Both the position numbers and the translations under genes were made by a program. From the human T2T-CHM13v2.0 reference genome, Homo sapiens, in the NCBI RefSeq assembly GCF_009914755.1, contig NC_060938.1: DNA of 64,000 nucleotides. One strand, given 5' to 3'. This document shows positions 17,919 through 31,510 of this stretch, piece after piece (the first letter of the stretch is position 1; every line of letters starts with the position of its first letter). Under the pieces are notes generated by a model. That model ran no database searches and was not told where the DNA came from. It was given only the letters and a program-made list of their open reading frames with translations.

Positions 17919-18217
17919 TGCCTGTTTTCCCAGCACTTTGGGAGGCTGAGGCAGGTGGATCACCTGAAGTCAGGAGTTCAAGACCAGCCTGACCAACATG
18001 GTGAAACCTCATCTCTACTAAAAATACAAAAAATTAGCCAGGCGTGGTGTCATGCGCCTGTAATCCCAGCTACTCAGAAGGCTGAGGCAGGGGAATCGCT
18101 TGAACCAGGAATTCAGAGGTGGCGGTGAGCCGAGATCACGCCACTGCACTCCAGCCTGGGCACCTGAGCAAGACTCCATCTCAAAAAAAAAAAAAGCAAA
18201 AAAACAAAAAACAAAAA
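17919..18217 (+). mobile_element. AluS, slightly 5'-truncated
   Basis: ggatcacctgaagtcaggagttc; TSD aaaaa(t/c)gctaact. Confidence 0.93.
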
Positions 18218-18949
18218 CGCTAACTCCATAAAGGCTTCAAAGGCCCATTAATAGAAAATGAGAGTTGGAATCTCATCTCCTCCATGCCGCTTGGGGGCAA
18301 CACCTTCATATTTGATTTATTGAGACTTCCCACCTGTGTTTGCCTCTGGAAGCTGGGAGAAGTTGCTAATCTGAAGGTCATCTTCTCTTCTTTCAATGGC
18401 TGCAGCACATTTCCAACCTGCCCAAATGCTGGACCTCTGGACATTTTCACAGATTTATTTATTTGAAGTTAACAAAACTTTCCAGTTATCTCAGGACAGG
18501 ACAAGATGAACGTCAGCTACAAACACTGGCTTGTAGGTTCGGGTTGAGATCTCCCACAGGAGATGAGAGGGAGTTCTCAGCAAAGGCGGATCAAAGCTTC
18601 CACAGGCATCTCCACAGACTGAGGCAACCCAGGCCAAGATGACCTTCAGCAACCGGAAGGCCCAACATTTGGTGCCTGGCTTTTTTGCAGGTGGATGGAG
18701 CACATGCCGTGGTACAACATTCGGAAAGCCAAGATGCAGCATGCAGCCATCACTGAGGACAGGACTAGGCCAGCAAGGAGGCAGCCACCATGGGGAAGCT
18801 CAGGGAAGAACTCCAGGCCCTGGGTGGGTATCCAGCCACAACAAGCCAGGGCCCCAGGCAGAAAGAAACTCAGGGGCTCAGGTCCAAGACAGGTCCTCTT
18901 TCTACCTACGGGCTAGTTCCAGGTATGAGCCTTTCCCAAGCAGCCTCAA

Positions 18950-19700
18950 ACTTCTTTCCTGACATCCAGAACTCTACCTGCCCACAGACTTCTCATCTAA
19001 GATGTTCCACCAGTACAATGAATGCAACATGTCAAAATGGAACTCAGCCTCCTCCCTTCAAAACAAGCTCTGTCTTCTTCGAGTCCTTCATCAGACAATA
19101 GCACCTCCATTCACCCAAGTAGGCAAATAAGAATTCTCAAAATAGCCCCAACTCCCCCCCATTCCTCACTAATTGTGCTTAATTGGTCCCAGCCCTACGA
19201 CTTCAGATCCATCCCCCTCCTCCACTGTCTCCGGTCAAGTCCTCACCATCTCTTAAACTCCTGTAACAGTTTCCTAATTGGTCTCCCTGGCTCTGGCAGT
19301 CCCCTTCCAAAGCATCCTCCACACTGCCACCAGAAACCCAATCTGATCACGTCATTCTCCTACTTTGTAAACTTCAAGACAGTAAAACATGAACCACATA
19401 GCTTGGATTTGAAGGTCCTTGTACTCTTGTTCATACCATTTTCCATTCGCCAGCCTGGCAAACTCCTACTCATTTCAAACACCCAAATCAAATGTCAACT
19501 TTTCCATGAGACTGTCCCCAGTTATCTCTCCCTCCACTGCTCTTCTTGGCATAATTAATTCCATTCTCTTCTATATGCCCATTGTGTTTCTACTGCGACA
19601 TTCAAAACATGGGGTTATTATTATTCATCTAGCCGTTGCCTCCTCTGTGAAACAGTAAGTCCATTGAACACAGGCATTGTTTTCTGTATACCCAGTGTTT
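18950..19700 (+). mobile_element. L2 3' region (resumes at ~19985-20020 after an insertion)
   Basis: cctgacatccagactc-like start, tcctaattggtctccctg, caaatgtcaacttttccatgag, catagtaggtgctcagtaaaca. Confidence 0.7.
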
Positions 19701-19717
19701 GATGGGGTATCAATGTA

Positions 19718-19957
19718 GGGACTCGATCATCCTACAGGGAACAGCAGGCAACTAGGATGCTGTTCTACTCCTCAGATGAAAAGTGAATACTCCCTAGGAA
19801 ACTGACGCTTTGGTAATTGCTCCTTTTGGATAAAGTTTCTAAATTTAGTATAAATTGGAAACTCAGAACCCTAAGTCAATCACTAAGAAGGATTTTTGTT
19901 TTTTACCTGAAACCCTGCTTCACAGCTGACCTGGGTTTCCTAGAAGTCCCTTTTGCA
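19718..19957 (+). repeat. ~240-bp dispersed duplicate, copy A1 (partner 22001-22237)
   Basis: Colinear direct similarity with scattered substitutions, read by eye. Confidence 0.9.
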
Positions 19958-20221
19958 CTGGGTATACAAAACAATGCCTGTCTCCAACATAGTAGGTGCT
20001 CAGTAAACATTCAATTGATTCAGCCAAGTGCCTAGTTATTAAAGGCAATAGAAGTGAGTTGATGTTGACTACTGATCTAGAACCTTTACATGCCTCTTAC
20101 ATGATATTGGAAATGGTCCTACAAAACAAGCAAGTATTTAGGTAAATTAGACTTAGTTTTGCTTGCCTTTCTCAGAGAATTGCACCCTGTCTACAGCCCC
20201 AGCTGACTTAAGAGGCTAGAA

Positions 20222-21014
20222 GCCTAACAAGCACATGAAAAAATGCTGAATATCACTAATCAGAGAAATGCAAACTAAAACCACAGTGAGATACTATCTC
20301 ATACCAGTCAGAATGACTAGTATTAAAAAGTCTAAAAACAACAGATGTTGGCAACAAGGCGAAGAAAAGGGAACAGTTATACACTGTTGGTGGGAATACA
20401 AATTAGTACAACCCTTATTGGAAAGCAGTATGGTGATTTCTCAAAGAACTAAAAATAGAACTACCATTCCATCCAGCAATCCTACTACTGGGTATCTACC
20501 CAAAGGGAAAGAAATCATATCAAAAAGATACCTGTGCTCACATGTTTATCATGTTCACAATATTGTGAGCACTATTCACAATAGCAAAGACATGGAATCA
20601 ACCTAAGTGTCCATCAATCACACATATGCCACGGAATACTTCTCAGCCATAAAAAAATAAATAAAATCATGCCTTTTGCAGCAACATGGGTGGAGCTAGA
20701 GACCATTATCCTCAATGAAATAACTCAGGAACAGAAAGTCAACAAATACTACATGTCCTCACATATAAGTGAAAGCTAAGTAATGAGTATACATGGATGT
20801 ACAGAATGGAATAATAGACATCGGAGACTCCAAAAGGTGGGAGGGTAGGAGGGGGGTGAAAGTTGAAAAATTACCTGTTGGGTTCGACCTTCACTATTCA
20901 GATGATGGGTTCACTAAGAGCCCCGACCTCACCGCTCCACAATACAAGCATGTTAAGAAATCTGCACTTGTGCCCCCTAAATATATATATTTTAAATTTT
21001 TGTTTTAAAAAAAG
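20222..21014 (+). mobile_element. L1PB-type 3' portion
   Basis: [19 protein letters not shown]2 end; 3'UTR agaaatctgcacttgtgccccctaaa. Confidence 0.88.
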
Positions 21015-21219
21015 CTATAGTCCAGGTTTATGCCATGTGACCCTATGCCTTTTGACAATAGCTGGTTGGACCAGAGACTGCTCGCCGACCATATGTTTTG
21101 GAAACCCATTCTCAAAAATCAAAAGACTGTATAGCATCAACACCAGCATTGACTTTCTATCGAGCCAAAGCTACAGGTAAGAAAGTTAGGACAGAGCTCA
21201 TCATCATAATAAATGATGA

Positions 21220-21550
21220 TGATGCAATAATAGCTAACATATCTAACACTGTCGACATGCCACATATTGTGCTGAATGATTTTTATCTAATTTCATCCTT
21301 ACAACAAATCTGCGAAATAGCTATTTCAATGTCTTGTTAGTTCTCCTCCTGTTCCTTATTTTTAACTTAAATCAGAGTTGGTTTCCATTGCTTGCAACAA
21401 AGAACTCTGACTAGTACAATTACACTCTCCATTTCACAGATGGGACATCAAACTTAAGACAATAGAACCTTCCCAGTTCATACAGGTAGAAACAGAGAGG
21501 TATAGAAGTGAAATCTAGTCCCCCCCACCTCCAGAACCTGTGCACTTCAT
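21220..21550 (-). mobile_element. MIR interrupted by MLT1 end fragment (~21330-21418)
   Basis: ccatttcacagatgggac; gttggtttccattgcttgcaacaaagaactctgactagtaca. Confidence 0.55.
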
Positions 21551-22000
21551 GATTTACTATCATTTGTACCTCCAGTTTCCATTAGGCCTTTCTGTATGCT
21601 GTTTTTGCAATATCTGTATCCTTTATTGGAGATAGCATATAAGCTATCTTTACATTGCTATATTCAAAATGAAATAAAGAAGGAAGAACCAGACAGGAGG
21701 TCATGAAAGCAGGTAGTCAAGTGACTGCAGCTGTGGGGAGAAGAATGAGGCCAAAGCTGGGAACCAAGTAGAAAGTGACTCTCCACCCTCACAGTTAGGG
21801 ATCAAGTCTGTCCAGCTGCTGTGGTTCTGACAGGCCTACATAATTATGGAAAAGCAATCAGAATCTCTCCGTGTCCTCATTAGGTTGAGATGGGCAAGGA
21901 ACAAATGCTCTGCTTCTCGTCTGCTCTCTGCTCGTGGAGCAGAACGTTGGTTCCTTTTTACATCCACAGCCTCCCAGACAGCATCAGGACACTGAATCCT

Positions 22001-22237
22001 GGGACTCCATTGTCCTACAGGAACAGCAGGAAACAAGGCTGCTGTTCTACTCCTTGGATGAAAAGTGAATGCTCCCTAGGAAACGGACACTCTGGTAATT
22101 GCTCCATTTGGATAAAGTTTCCAAATCTAGTATCTATAGATTCAGAACCCTAAGTCAACCACTAAGAAGCATTTTTGTTTTTTCACCTGAAATGCTCCTT
22201 CGCAGCTGATCTGGGTTTCCTAACAGTGCCTTTTGCA
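22001..22237 (+). repeat. ~240-bp dispersed duplicate, copy A2
   Basis: Similar to 19718-19957. Confidence 0.9.
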
Positions 22238-22721
22238 TGAATGACCTCAAAGCCGCCACAGAGGGAGCCACGGTGCCAGCAGGGCTGCTCTCCTGTTTGC
22301 TAGCTTTGCTCTGCTCCTCACTAATAGAAAATCCCCAAGGATGTGGGAACCCTTGGGAGGCCTCTGAGCAAGGCTGTGCCTCAGGGCATGGGAGGAAGTC
22401 ATCACTAGAGGGCCCCACTGAGCTCCCTTGCCTGCCCAGCAGGGACACCTTCAGACATGGGATTCAGGAATTCAGCCACACAGGAACACCAGAATGAGAC
22501 CAGAGCTTGGACTGGAGTCATTGCTCTTGAGTTTTTCTATTATACAAACAAGCCTTAGAGGCTGAGACAAACCTTGCAAATCTTCCTCCACCCCAGGTTG
22601 AGTCCTACACCCTACCCCTGAGTCCACACCTGGTGCTGACAATCACAATACTTACCACTCTGTTTATGGAAAATATACTTGCTGCATTTTGAGGACTCTG
22701 CTACATGATTTCTATGTATTA

Positions 22722-22928
<207 letters not shown>

Positions 22929-23033
22929 TAACTATTATTATCCCCATCTACATATGAAGAATCTGAGATTAAGAAAAATTAAGTAACTTGTCCAAGGTGA
23001 TTATAGCCAATAAGGAGTGAGATTGGAAAATGA

Positions 23034-23363
<330 letters not shown>

Positions 23364-23475
23364 AGGAGCCTGACTTCTAAGCCATTAAACCATACAGGCT
23401 GCATTTGTTAGCCCATATATTTCTATTGTGCTATTACATCACCCAAGAGCTATCCCAGACATTAAGAAATTGCCC

Positions 23476-23770
23476 GGCCGGGCACGGTGGCTCACACCTG
23501 TAATCCCAGCACTTTGGGAGGCCAAGGCAGGCGGATCATGAGGTCAGGAGATTGAGACCATCCTGGCTAACATGGTGAAACCCCATTTCTACTAAAAATA
23601 CAAAAAATTAGCTGGGTGTGTGGTGGCAGGTGCCTGTAGTCCCAGCTACTCGGGAGGCTGAGGCAGGAGAATGGCGTGAACCCGGGAGGCGGAGCTTGCA
23701 GTGAGTCGGATTGCGCCACTGCACTCTAGCCCGGGCGACAGAGCAAGACTCTCAAAAAAAGAAAAAAAGA
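23476..23770 (+). mobile_element. AluY
   Basis: gaatggcgtgaacccgggaggcggagcttgcag; TSD aagaaatt(g/a)ccc. Confidence 0.93.
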
Positions 23771-24099
23771 AATTACCCTTAGGCTGGGGGTGGGGAGTAA
23801 AGAAACGAGATAGGCAATTATTATGTAAGAACAAATATGCAAAAGTATAGAAAAGTTGAGGTACATAATCCTGTCTTGTGGTCAAGGTAAACTCCCCGTG
23901 AGAAGGCCGTAGTCCGAGGAGAACAGGGGCAGCAGTATTTGAGGAAGAGGAAACAGCATGCCCCCAAGTCCCAGGGAGGAGAGGCTCACGTAGTCTGCTC
24001 AAGGACCCACGTGCAGTTCCCCAGGGCTGGAATGGAGAGGCAAGCAAGGCTGGGTAGCCAGGAGACCAGGCAGGGACCCAGAAGCCGGAGCAGGAGGAG

Positions 24100-24450
24100 C
24101 TGGGACTCCACACTGAGGGCAGTGAGGACCTTGGAAGGGTGGTAAGTAGGAGTGCCCTGACCAGGTTTGTACTTTAAAAACATGCCTGTGGCTTCTGTGA
24201 AAAGAATGGATTGGAGGGAGAAGAAAAACCGTGAGGAGGCTACTGGGACAATCTAGTGCGAAATGGCAGGAGCCACAGCACAGAAGTGGATGGGATGCAG
24301 ACAGAGTCATGTGATAGAGACACAGAATAAACAAAATGCCTGGACTAACTGGATAAGAGAGCAACTGAGGAATCAAGGTTAGCTCCTGGTTTCAGCCTCA
24401 GATGACCGAGTGGATGGTGGTGCTGATTTTGCTGGAATAGAGTCAGAGAG
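24100..24450 (-). mobile_element. L2
   Basis: tgtactttaaaaacatgcctgtggcttctgtg...gaggaatcaagg. Confidence 0.6.
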
Positions 24451-24879
24451 GATGAGCAGAGGTAGGGGGGGTGAGTGTAGTAAGAAAGAGGCCAGGATGG
24501 AGCCCCAAGGCTGAAGTGGCTGTCAGCGACTCAGTGCACACAGTCAGAGGGCAACTGGATAGACACGGGACTTTAAACGCACAGGTGTTGGTTTTGCCTG
24601 TCTCCACTTTGATTGCTAATCATCTAGGGGCAGGGACAACCTCTCTGTTTTTGATTCTCACTGCCTAGGTCACGGGGGCCACTTATCAAATGCTGGATAG
24701 GTGAATACATGATATATGCATCTCATACATGAACAGATGGGAGGAGGAGTCCCCGGGGAGTGGAGGGGAGAGTACGGAGAGAGGGAAGGACAGGAGGAAC
24801 AAACACCAGGACAACAGCAAGAGGGCATGGAAAAAAGGTAGATGGTGATGAGTCTGAAACAACTCTGATTAGTTAAAGG

Positions 24880-25124
24880 AATAAACTTGGTACGAGTTAG
24901 GAAGTAAGTTTTTTTCCCCAAAGTTTAAAAATTAGAAAAAGATGAAATCAAGAGACCGATACTGGTAGAGAGTTAAAGTGACACAGTTGTGTGACAAGAA
25001 TATATTTCTCTCACATATTTAGTGAAAATGTGTCAGAAAGAACAAAGCGATATCACTGGCAATAATAGAAACAGACCATTTAAATAAAGTCGCTATCAGA
25101 GCTGAGACCAGCTGCCTGTGTGCC
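24880..25124 (+). repeat. ~240-bp dispersed duplicate, copy B1 (partner ~26207-26445)
   Basis: Shared blocks such as ctctcacatatttagtgaaaatgt and gctatcagagctgaga(c/t)cagctgcctgtgtgcc. Confidence 0.9.
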
Positions 25125-25324
25125 TGTGAAATGATCCCCTCCCCCCGTGCCCAAGCTTCATTTGCCTATCAAATACTGACTCCCTTAAGGACCCGTCTAG
25201 AATGTCTCAACTCTGCAGGTTTTTGTTTGGATTGTCTCTGAAGCTATTAATACTTTCTAACAGCCAATAGTATATTCACTCCACTCATCTTTAAAAACTT
25301 TGGAAGAAGTAAGTTTTAGAAATA

Positions 25325-25361
25325 TTAGGTTAGTGCAAAAGCAATTGCAGTTTTGCCATTA
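25325..25361. mobile_element. half MADE1 (Hsmar1-derived MITE) / solo TIR
   Basis: ta-ttaggttagtgcaaaagcaattgcagttttgccatta versus MADE1 TTAGGTTGGTGCAAAAGTAATTGCGGTTTTTGCCATTA. Confidence 0.8.
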
Positions 25362-25761
25362 ATAACAGTTCAGCGTTTGGGAAGAGATGGGAGAATGGGG
25401 ATAGGAAACATGATGACCCCAGTGACACAGGGCAAGAAAGGAAGCCCACGAAGGCATGGAGTCCAGGAAGGGAGAAGAGCACAAGAGCAGGTGATGGGTT
25501 TCAGGTACAAAGAATTTAAGGCCGTCTTTTGCCCTCATTTTTATTGAGAGGAAAATTAGAGCCCAGAGATCTAGATTTGTTGTTTCTTTATTTAAAACTC
25601 TCCAAAGTGTCCCCAATGCCCTTGATATGAACTCTAGCCTTTGAGCCCTTCCCCCACAGCTCCCCATGATCTGCTTCTTGCCTCTGCTTATCCAGGGCTG
25701 AAACTAAGACCAAGCCATACTTTTGGGGCTTGGGGGAGGAGAGGGAGGTGGCTTTGGAGAC

Positions 25762-26190
25762 TATACAAGTTTTCTATTGCTATGTAATGAATTACCACAA
25801 ATTTAGCAGCTTAAAAACAACACACATTTATTATCTCACAATTTCTGTGGATCAGGAATATATTAGGATCTCACAAGCCTGCAACCAAGGTGCCAGCCAA
25901 GGTTGGGCTCTCATCTGCAGGTTCTACTGGGGAAGCATCTACTTTCCCACACTCATGGTTATTGGAAACATTCAGTTCCTTGTGGCCACAAGATTCATGG
26001 TAGCTTGCTTATTCAAAGCCAGGAACAGAGCCTCCAGCAAGAGGGATGCGTCATTCTTATTTGATCATATGTACTCTATTGCCTTTGCCATAGTCCATTG
26101 GTTACAATCAAGATAGAGGTGCTGCCTATACTCGAGAGGAAGGCATTATGCGGGAGGCGTGAACACCAGGAGATGGAGATCACAGGGGCT
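25762..26190 (-). mobile_element. MLT1 (F-like) LTR; terminal bases appear displaced to ~26446-26472
   Basis: ttttctattgctatgtaatgaattaccacaaatttagcagcttaaa; gtgaacaccaggagatgg. Confidence 0.8.
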
Positions 26191-26206
26191 CCTTTAAACT
26201 CATAGT

Positions 26207-26445
26207 AATAAACTTCCTAAGGGTTAGGAAATAAGTTCTTTTTCCCGAACAGTTTAAAACCTAGAAAAAAATGGAATAAAGATTGATAAAATGTTGAAGT
26301 GATACAATTGTGTAACAAGAATATATTGCTCTCACATATTTAGTGAAAATGTATCAGTAAGAACAAAGCTATATCACTGGTAATAAAAGAAAGACATAAT
26401 TTAAATAAAGTAGCTATCAGAGCTGAGATCAGCTGCCTGTGTGCC
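26207..26445 (+). repeat. ~240-bp dispersed duplicate, copy B2, flanked by cacaggggct direct repeats
   Basis: Similar to 24880-25124; 10-bp repeats at 26181-26190 and 26446-26455. Confidence 0.88.
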
Positions 26446-26579
26446 CACAGGGGCTACGGCCTGCAGCCTACCTGGGGCACTGAAGCTCTGGAGAGTTCTT
26501 CCCACCAGTGAGTGTTGGGTTGGAAATAAAAGATGGACAGTATCGTCTTCCAACACAAACACTAATCAAAATGCTTTAA

Positions 26580-27502
<923 letters not shown>

Positions 27503-28634
27503 TGAATTTGTGACTAAATAAACAGACTGGGTTTTGGAAGTACAGTTGTCATTAACAAAACCCATGTAGGTTCCCTGAATCCCAATGTAGTTTTTCTATG
27601 CACTTGTCCTTAACACGGAGTTTCTCTCTTTAAAGTTTTGTCAAAACTCTTATAATTGCTTTGCCCATCTCAACCTTTGGATATAAGCCTAATTTTAGAA
27701 TATAAGCTCAGAAGCCATATTTTTTGTATGTTAAACACTCCTACCTATAAAGTGACATTATAGTTAATGTTTATTTTTCATAAATAAACATGTCAGGGGC
27801 CAAGTTTTGCAAATATTATCTAGAAGCCTGTATGCCATAGAAAGTGAGAAGGCTCATGGAGATACTATTTCACAGATTTGGTCAAAGTGTAAATCAATTG
27901 GAGAGGGGAGGAGGAAAGGTGGGACTTTTACTCCAGCTTGTTAGCTCATTCGCACTTTCCTTGGTGATTTATATGGTTTTAGACCACCACCTGACTTCCC
28001 AATGAGGAGACATATGTGAAAGCCTTTGCAATGCGCAATGAAAAGCTGTGCTATACAGACAGTCTCCTGAGCTACCATTCTCAGATGCAAAATAAGTGGA
28101 GAGAAAATCCAGACTTGACCTTCCACACTGGATGTTTAATACATTAAATCTTCTGCCCAAACGTTTAATGTGTTGTTTCCTTCTGGGCATGTGCCAGTTA
28201 AACATCTATTACATAGAACCCATGTAATGCCAATTGGTTCAGTCCCATTGCTACCTTAGAAATCAATAGATTAATATAGTTTGCTGGAGTGTCAGGTAGT
28301 GAGCAGCAGCATATGCAGTTGTATGACATGTCTTACAAATTTAAAAAGGCTTAGAAACCATTATGCTTCTGTGGCTCCTGGGAAATCAAGCAAATTGAAA
28401 ACTTGCATTCATGTGTGGCAGAAATAGTCTGTGTGTATCAAATTCCATCTAAAACTAAAAAGACTTTCAATTCTCTTCCCCATTCCAGAGTTCTAGCAAA
28501 GTAAGATATTTCTTCACATTTTGTTGAGGTACACAAAACAAAACAAAAGGCTTTGCCTACATAAAGTTTACAGTCTAGAAGGAGAGACGTAAGAGACTCT
28601 GCTAACTAGATTTTGAGAAATCTGGAATGTTAAA

Positions 28635-29106
28635 TGTGATGGTAGGCTGGAAAATATCCCCCTGATCAATCCACCTCCTAATCTCTGCAACCTGTGAGTA
28701 TTTCCTTATATGGCAAAAAGAGACTGCAGATGGGATTAACTAAAGGATCTTGAGTAGGAGCTTATCCTGGTGGGCATTGAAGACAATTGCATGTATAAGG
28801 ATACATGCTCTCCTTATCAGGGGGAGGCCGCGGGATATTTGGCACTCACAGAAGAGATGGCAGTATTACCACCACAGAGACAGAGTAACACAGCCACAAG
28901 CCATGGATTGCTGGCAGCCACCAAAAACTGGAAGAGCAAGGAAGGAAATCTTCCTTAGAGCCTCAAGTGGGAGCATGGTCCTGCCCATACTTAGAGAAAC
29001 TGATTTTGAACTTCTGGCATCCATAACTGTGAGAGAATAAATTTATGTTGTCTTAAGCCACCAAGCTCATGGTGATTTGTTACAGCAGCCACGGGAAACT
29101 AATGCA
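28635..29106 (+). mobile_element. MLT1D-like LTR inside an L2
   Basis: ttatatggcaaaaagagactgcagatg...aactgtgagagaataaatttatgttg...acagcagccacgggaaactaatgca. Confidence 0.8.
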
Positions 29107-30267
29107 AGTACTGTGAAGAAAATAATGGAGGAAGAGAGAGGGGCAGCTGTGTTGAATGGGAATAGCCAGGGAGAGTGTCTGAGGAGATGGCATGAGCCCT
29201 CAGGGCTAACGGCGGGGAGTGGCCAAGTAAGAAGACTGAGAATCCACTACTGGTTTTGGTAAAAGGAAGATGTGGCTCTCCTTGATAGAGACAATTTCAG
29301 TGGAAAGGTAAGACCTATTTGGAATAGGTTCAATAGAGAATAGAAGATGAACCGGACACAGAATTGAAAACACTTTTGAGTAGTTTTACTCAAAGAGGAG
29401 GGCCGAGAAAAGGGATAGTAACTAGAGATAAACACTGGGTCAAAAGCCTATTTACATCCTATGTTTAATTTAATTCTCACAGTGATCCTGAAAGATCCTG
29501 CTCCATCTAGACTAAGGCTTACAGAGGTTCTATGACCTGCCTAGAAGTCATATAGAAGGAAAGAGACCAAGCAAAACGTCAAACTCGTTTTTTCTTAAAA
29601 CTCTTGCTACAAAATTCTTTCTGCTGTAATAGTGAAAAAGCTAAAAGTGATTTATACCTGGATGAAGGTAGTCTGTGAGTGGGTAGATCACTGTGACCCC
29701 CGAGCCACTGTAAACCACAAAGACTCCGGCTCACAGCACCAGCTCCACCTCTGGAAGTCCCAGCGGGGACACATGAGAAATTCTCAACCAGTAACTTGGT
29801 CGGTAAATACAGGCTCAAAGAATGAATGAAAAATAAGATTCTCTCTTCATAGACTGCATGAGAAGTACAAGGATTCTTAGTGAAGAGAATATTGCTGTTA
29901 ATGATGAAAAAAGAAAATATTTTGATTATAAATGTTAACTGACTAGACAGAATAGACAAGTGAAAGCTGTGTAGCATGTTTCAATGTTAAACAAGAGTGA
30001 CTATTTTAAGAGGACCTCCAATACAGCTAGACTGAAGAGAAATAAGAGTACTAATTTAACAGTGAAAATCAATCACAAACATCCAGTGGGTGTTTTCATC
30101 ACTTTGCCTTTGAATTCAGCTGGATTGGCAGGATTCTGAAGTCATCCTTGAAACACTGAAGGCTCATAGTAAGCACTTAGGGCTCATATTTAACAGTTGA
30201 TCTTTATGAAGTGTGGATGACAGTTCCTTCTTCCCAGGGTTGTTGGATTAAATAGGATAAATATGTA

Positions 30268-30620
30268 CAGACAGCCCCCTACTTACAGTGGTTCAATTTA
30301 GGATTTTTCAACTTTATAATGACGCAAAAGTACTACACATTTAGTGGAAAGGGGTACGATACTCTGGTGATGGGGGGCAGCCAAGCCACAGCTCCCCATC
30401 CATTCCACAATCACCAGGGCAAACAACTGACATTCTGCAGTGTCCTGTGTTACCAGGTTATGTTGCCCAACTGTAGGACAATTTAAATGTTCTGAGCATG
30501 TTTAAGGCAGACTAGACTCAGCGATAATGTTCAGTAGGTGCATTAAATGCATTTTCCGCTTACAATATTTTCAGCTCATGATGGGTTCATTGGGATGTAA
30601 CCCCCACTTTAAGGCATATT
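30268..30620 (-). mobile_element. MER47-type TcMar-Tigger DNA element
   Basis: gcccaactgtagg...gttctgagcatgtttaagg...cattaaatgcattttc...gggatgtaacccc. Confidence 0.8.
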
Positions 30621-30689
30621 TTTATAAACCTTAGGCCATCACCTGTCCAAGGGAGGCCAACACTTACACAGCATCCTTATCTTCCTCCT

Positions 30690-31200
30690 TCTCATCAACC
30701 ACAAGCCACAGGCCCTCTGAGATCTGGCTCTGCCCATCCCTGCGACCTCATTTCCACCCACTCCTCCTCCTGCCCATTACGCTCTGGTTCCACTTACCTT
30801 CTCTTCTGTGCCTTGAGCACACCCTGCTTGCTGTCATCCAGGGGCTTCTGTTCAAGCTAGAAAGCCCTCCCTCCAGATCTTGGCAGGAAGGATTTTCTCT
30901 CCATTCAGATCTGAAGTCAAATACTACCCTCCCAAAGATAGATTTTACAACTACCACATAACATTTTACAACTACCACATAACTGCCTCCTATTGGTCCA
31001 TCTTACATGACAGCACCCTATTTCATTTTCTTCATAGCACTCATTTTCTAGAATGATCTTATTGATCTGTGTCCTGTCTCCCCCCATGGATGGTAAAGAC
31101 CTGGTCTGTCATATTTCTTCCTTCTCTTCTGGCACCTGGAACAGTACCTGGCACAGAGTAGTAGTAGGTAGTCAATAAATATTTGATGGAGTGAATGATG
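30690..31200 (+). mobile_element. L2 3' end with 21-bp tandem duplication (30942-30983)
   Basis: acagtacctggcacagagtag...tcaataaatatttgatggagtgaatg; attttacaactaccacataac x2. Confidence 0.8.
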
Positions 31201-31289
31201 ATATACGAAGCATGTACACACAACTACTCTATGCATAGGGATTCTAGGTATAAATATTACCTATATATGAATGTAAATCAATTGGAAAG

Positions 31290-31510
31290 AAGACAGCAAG
31301 CCCCAAGTCAGATGGCTTTAGTTTAACCCCAGCTCTGCCCGCCCCCTGGGCTGTGTGATTATGGGTAAGATATCTAGGTTCTCCATCCTGTTTCCCTCTC
31401 TATGAATGGAATGTGATCAAGACCTCCCTGGTATCACAGGCGGTCAATGAAGTGCTCCAAGTCAAACCCTCAACATAATGCTAGATGTAACATTGGAAGC
31501 TCTTAATAAC
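31290..31510 (+). mobile_element. MIR
   Basis: accccagctctgcc...gctgtgtgattatgggtaag. Confidence 0.55.

Noticed and set aside
19670-19981. Novel MITE with 28-bp TIRs
   Set aside because: No TA or 8-bp TSD, the left arm belongs to the host L2, and the partner copy lacks the arms; kept as a repair-scar finding
24845-24870. C/D-box-like tgatga...ctga
   Set aside because: Far too short for a snoRNA and no terminal stem
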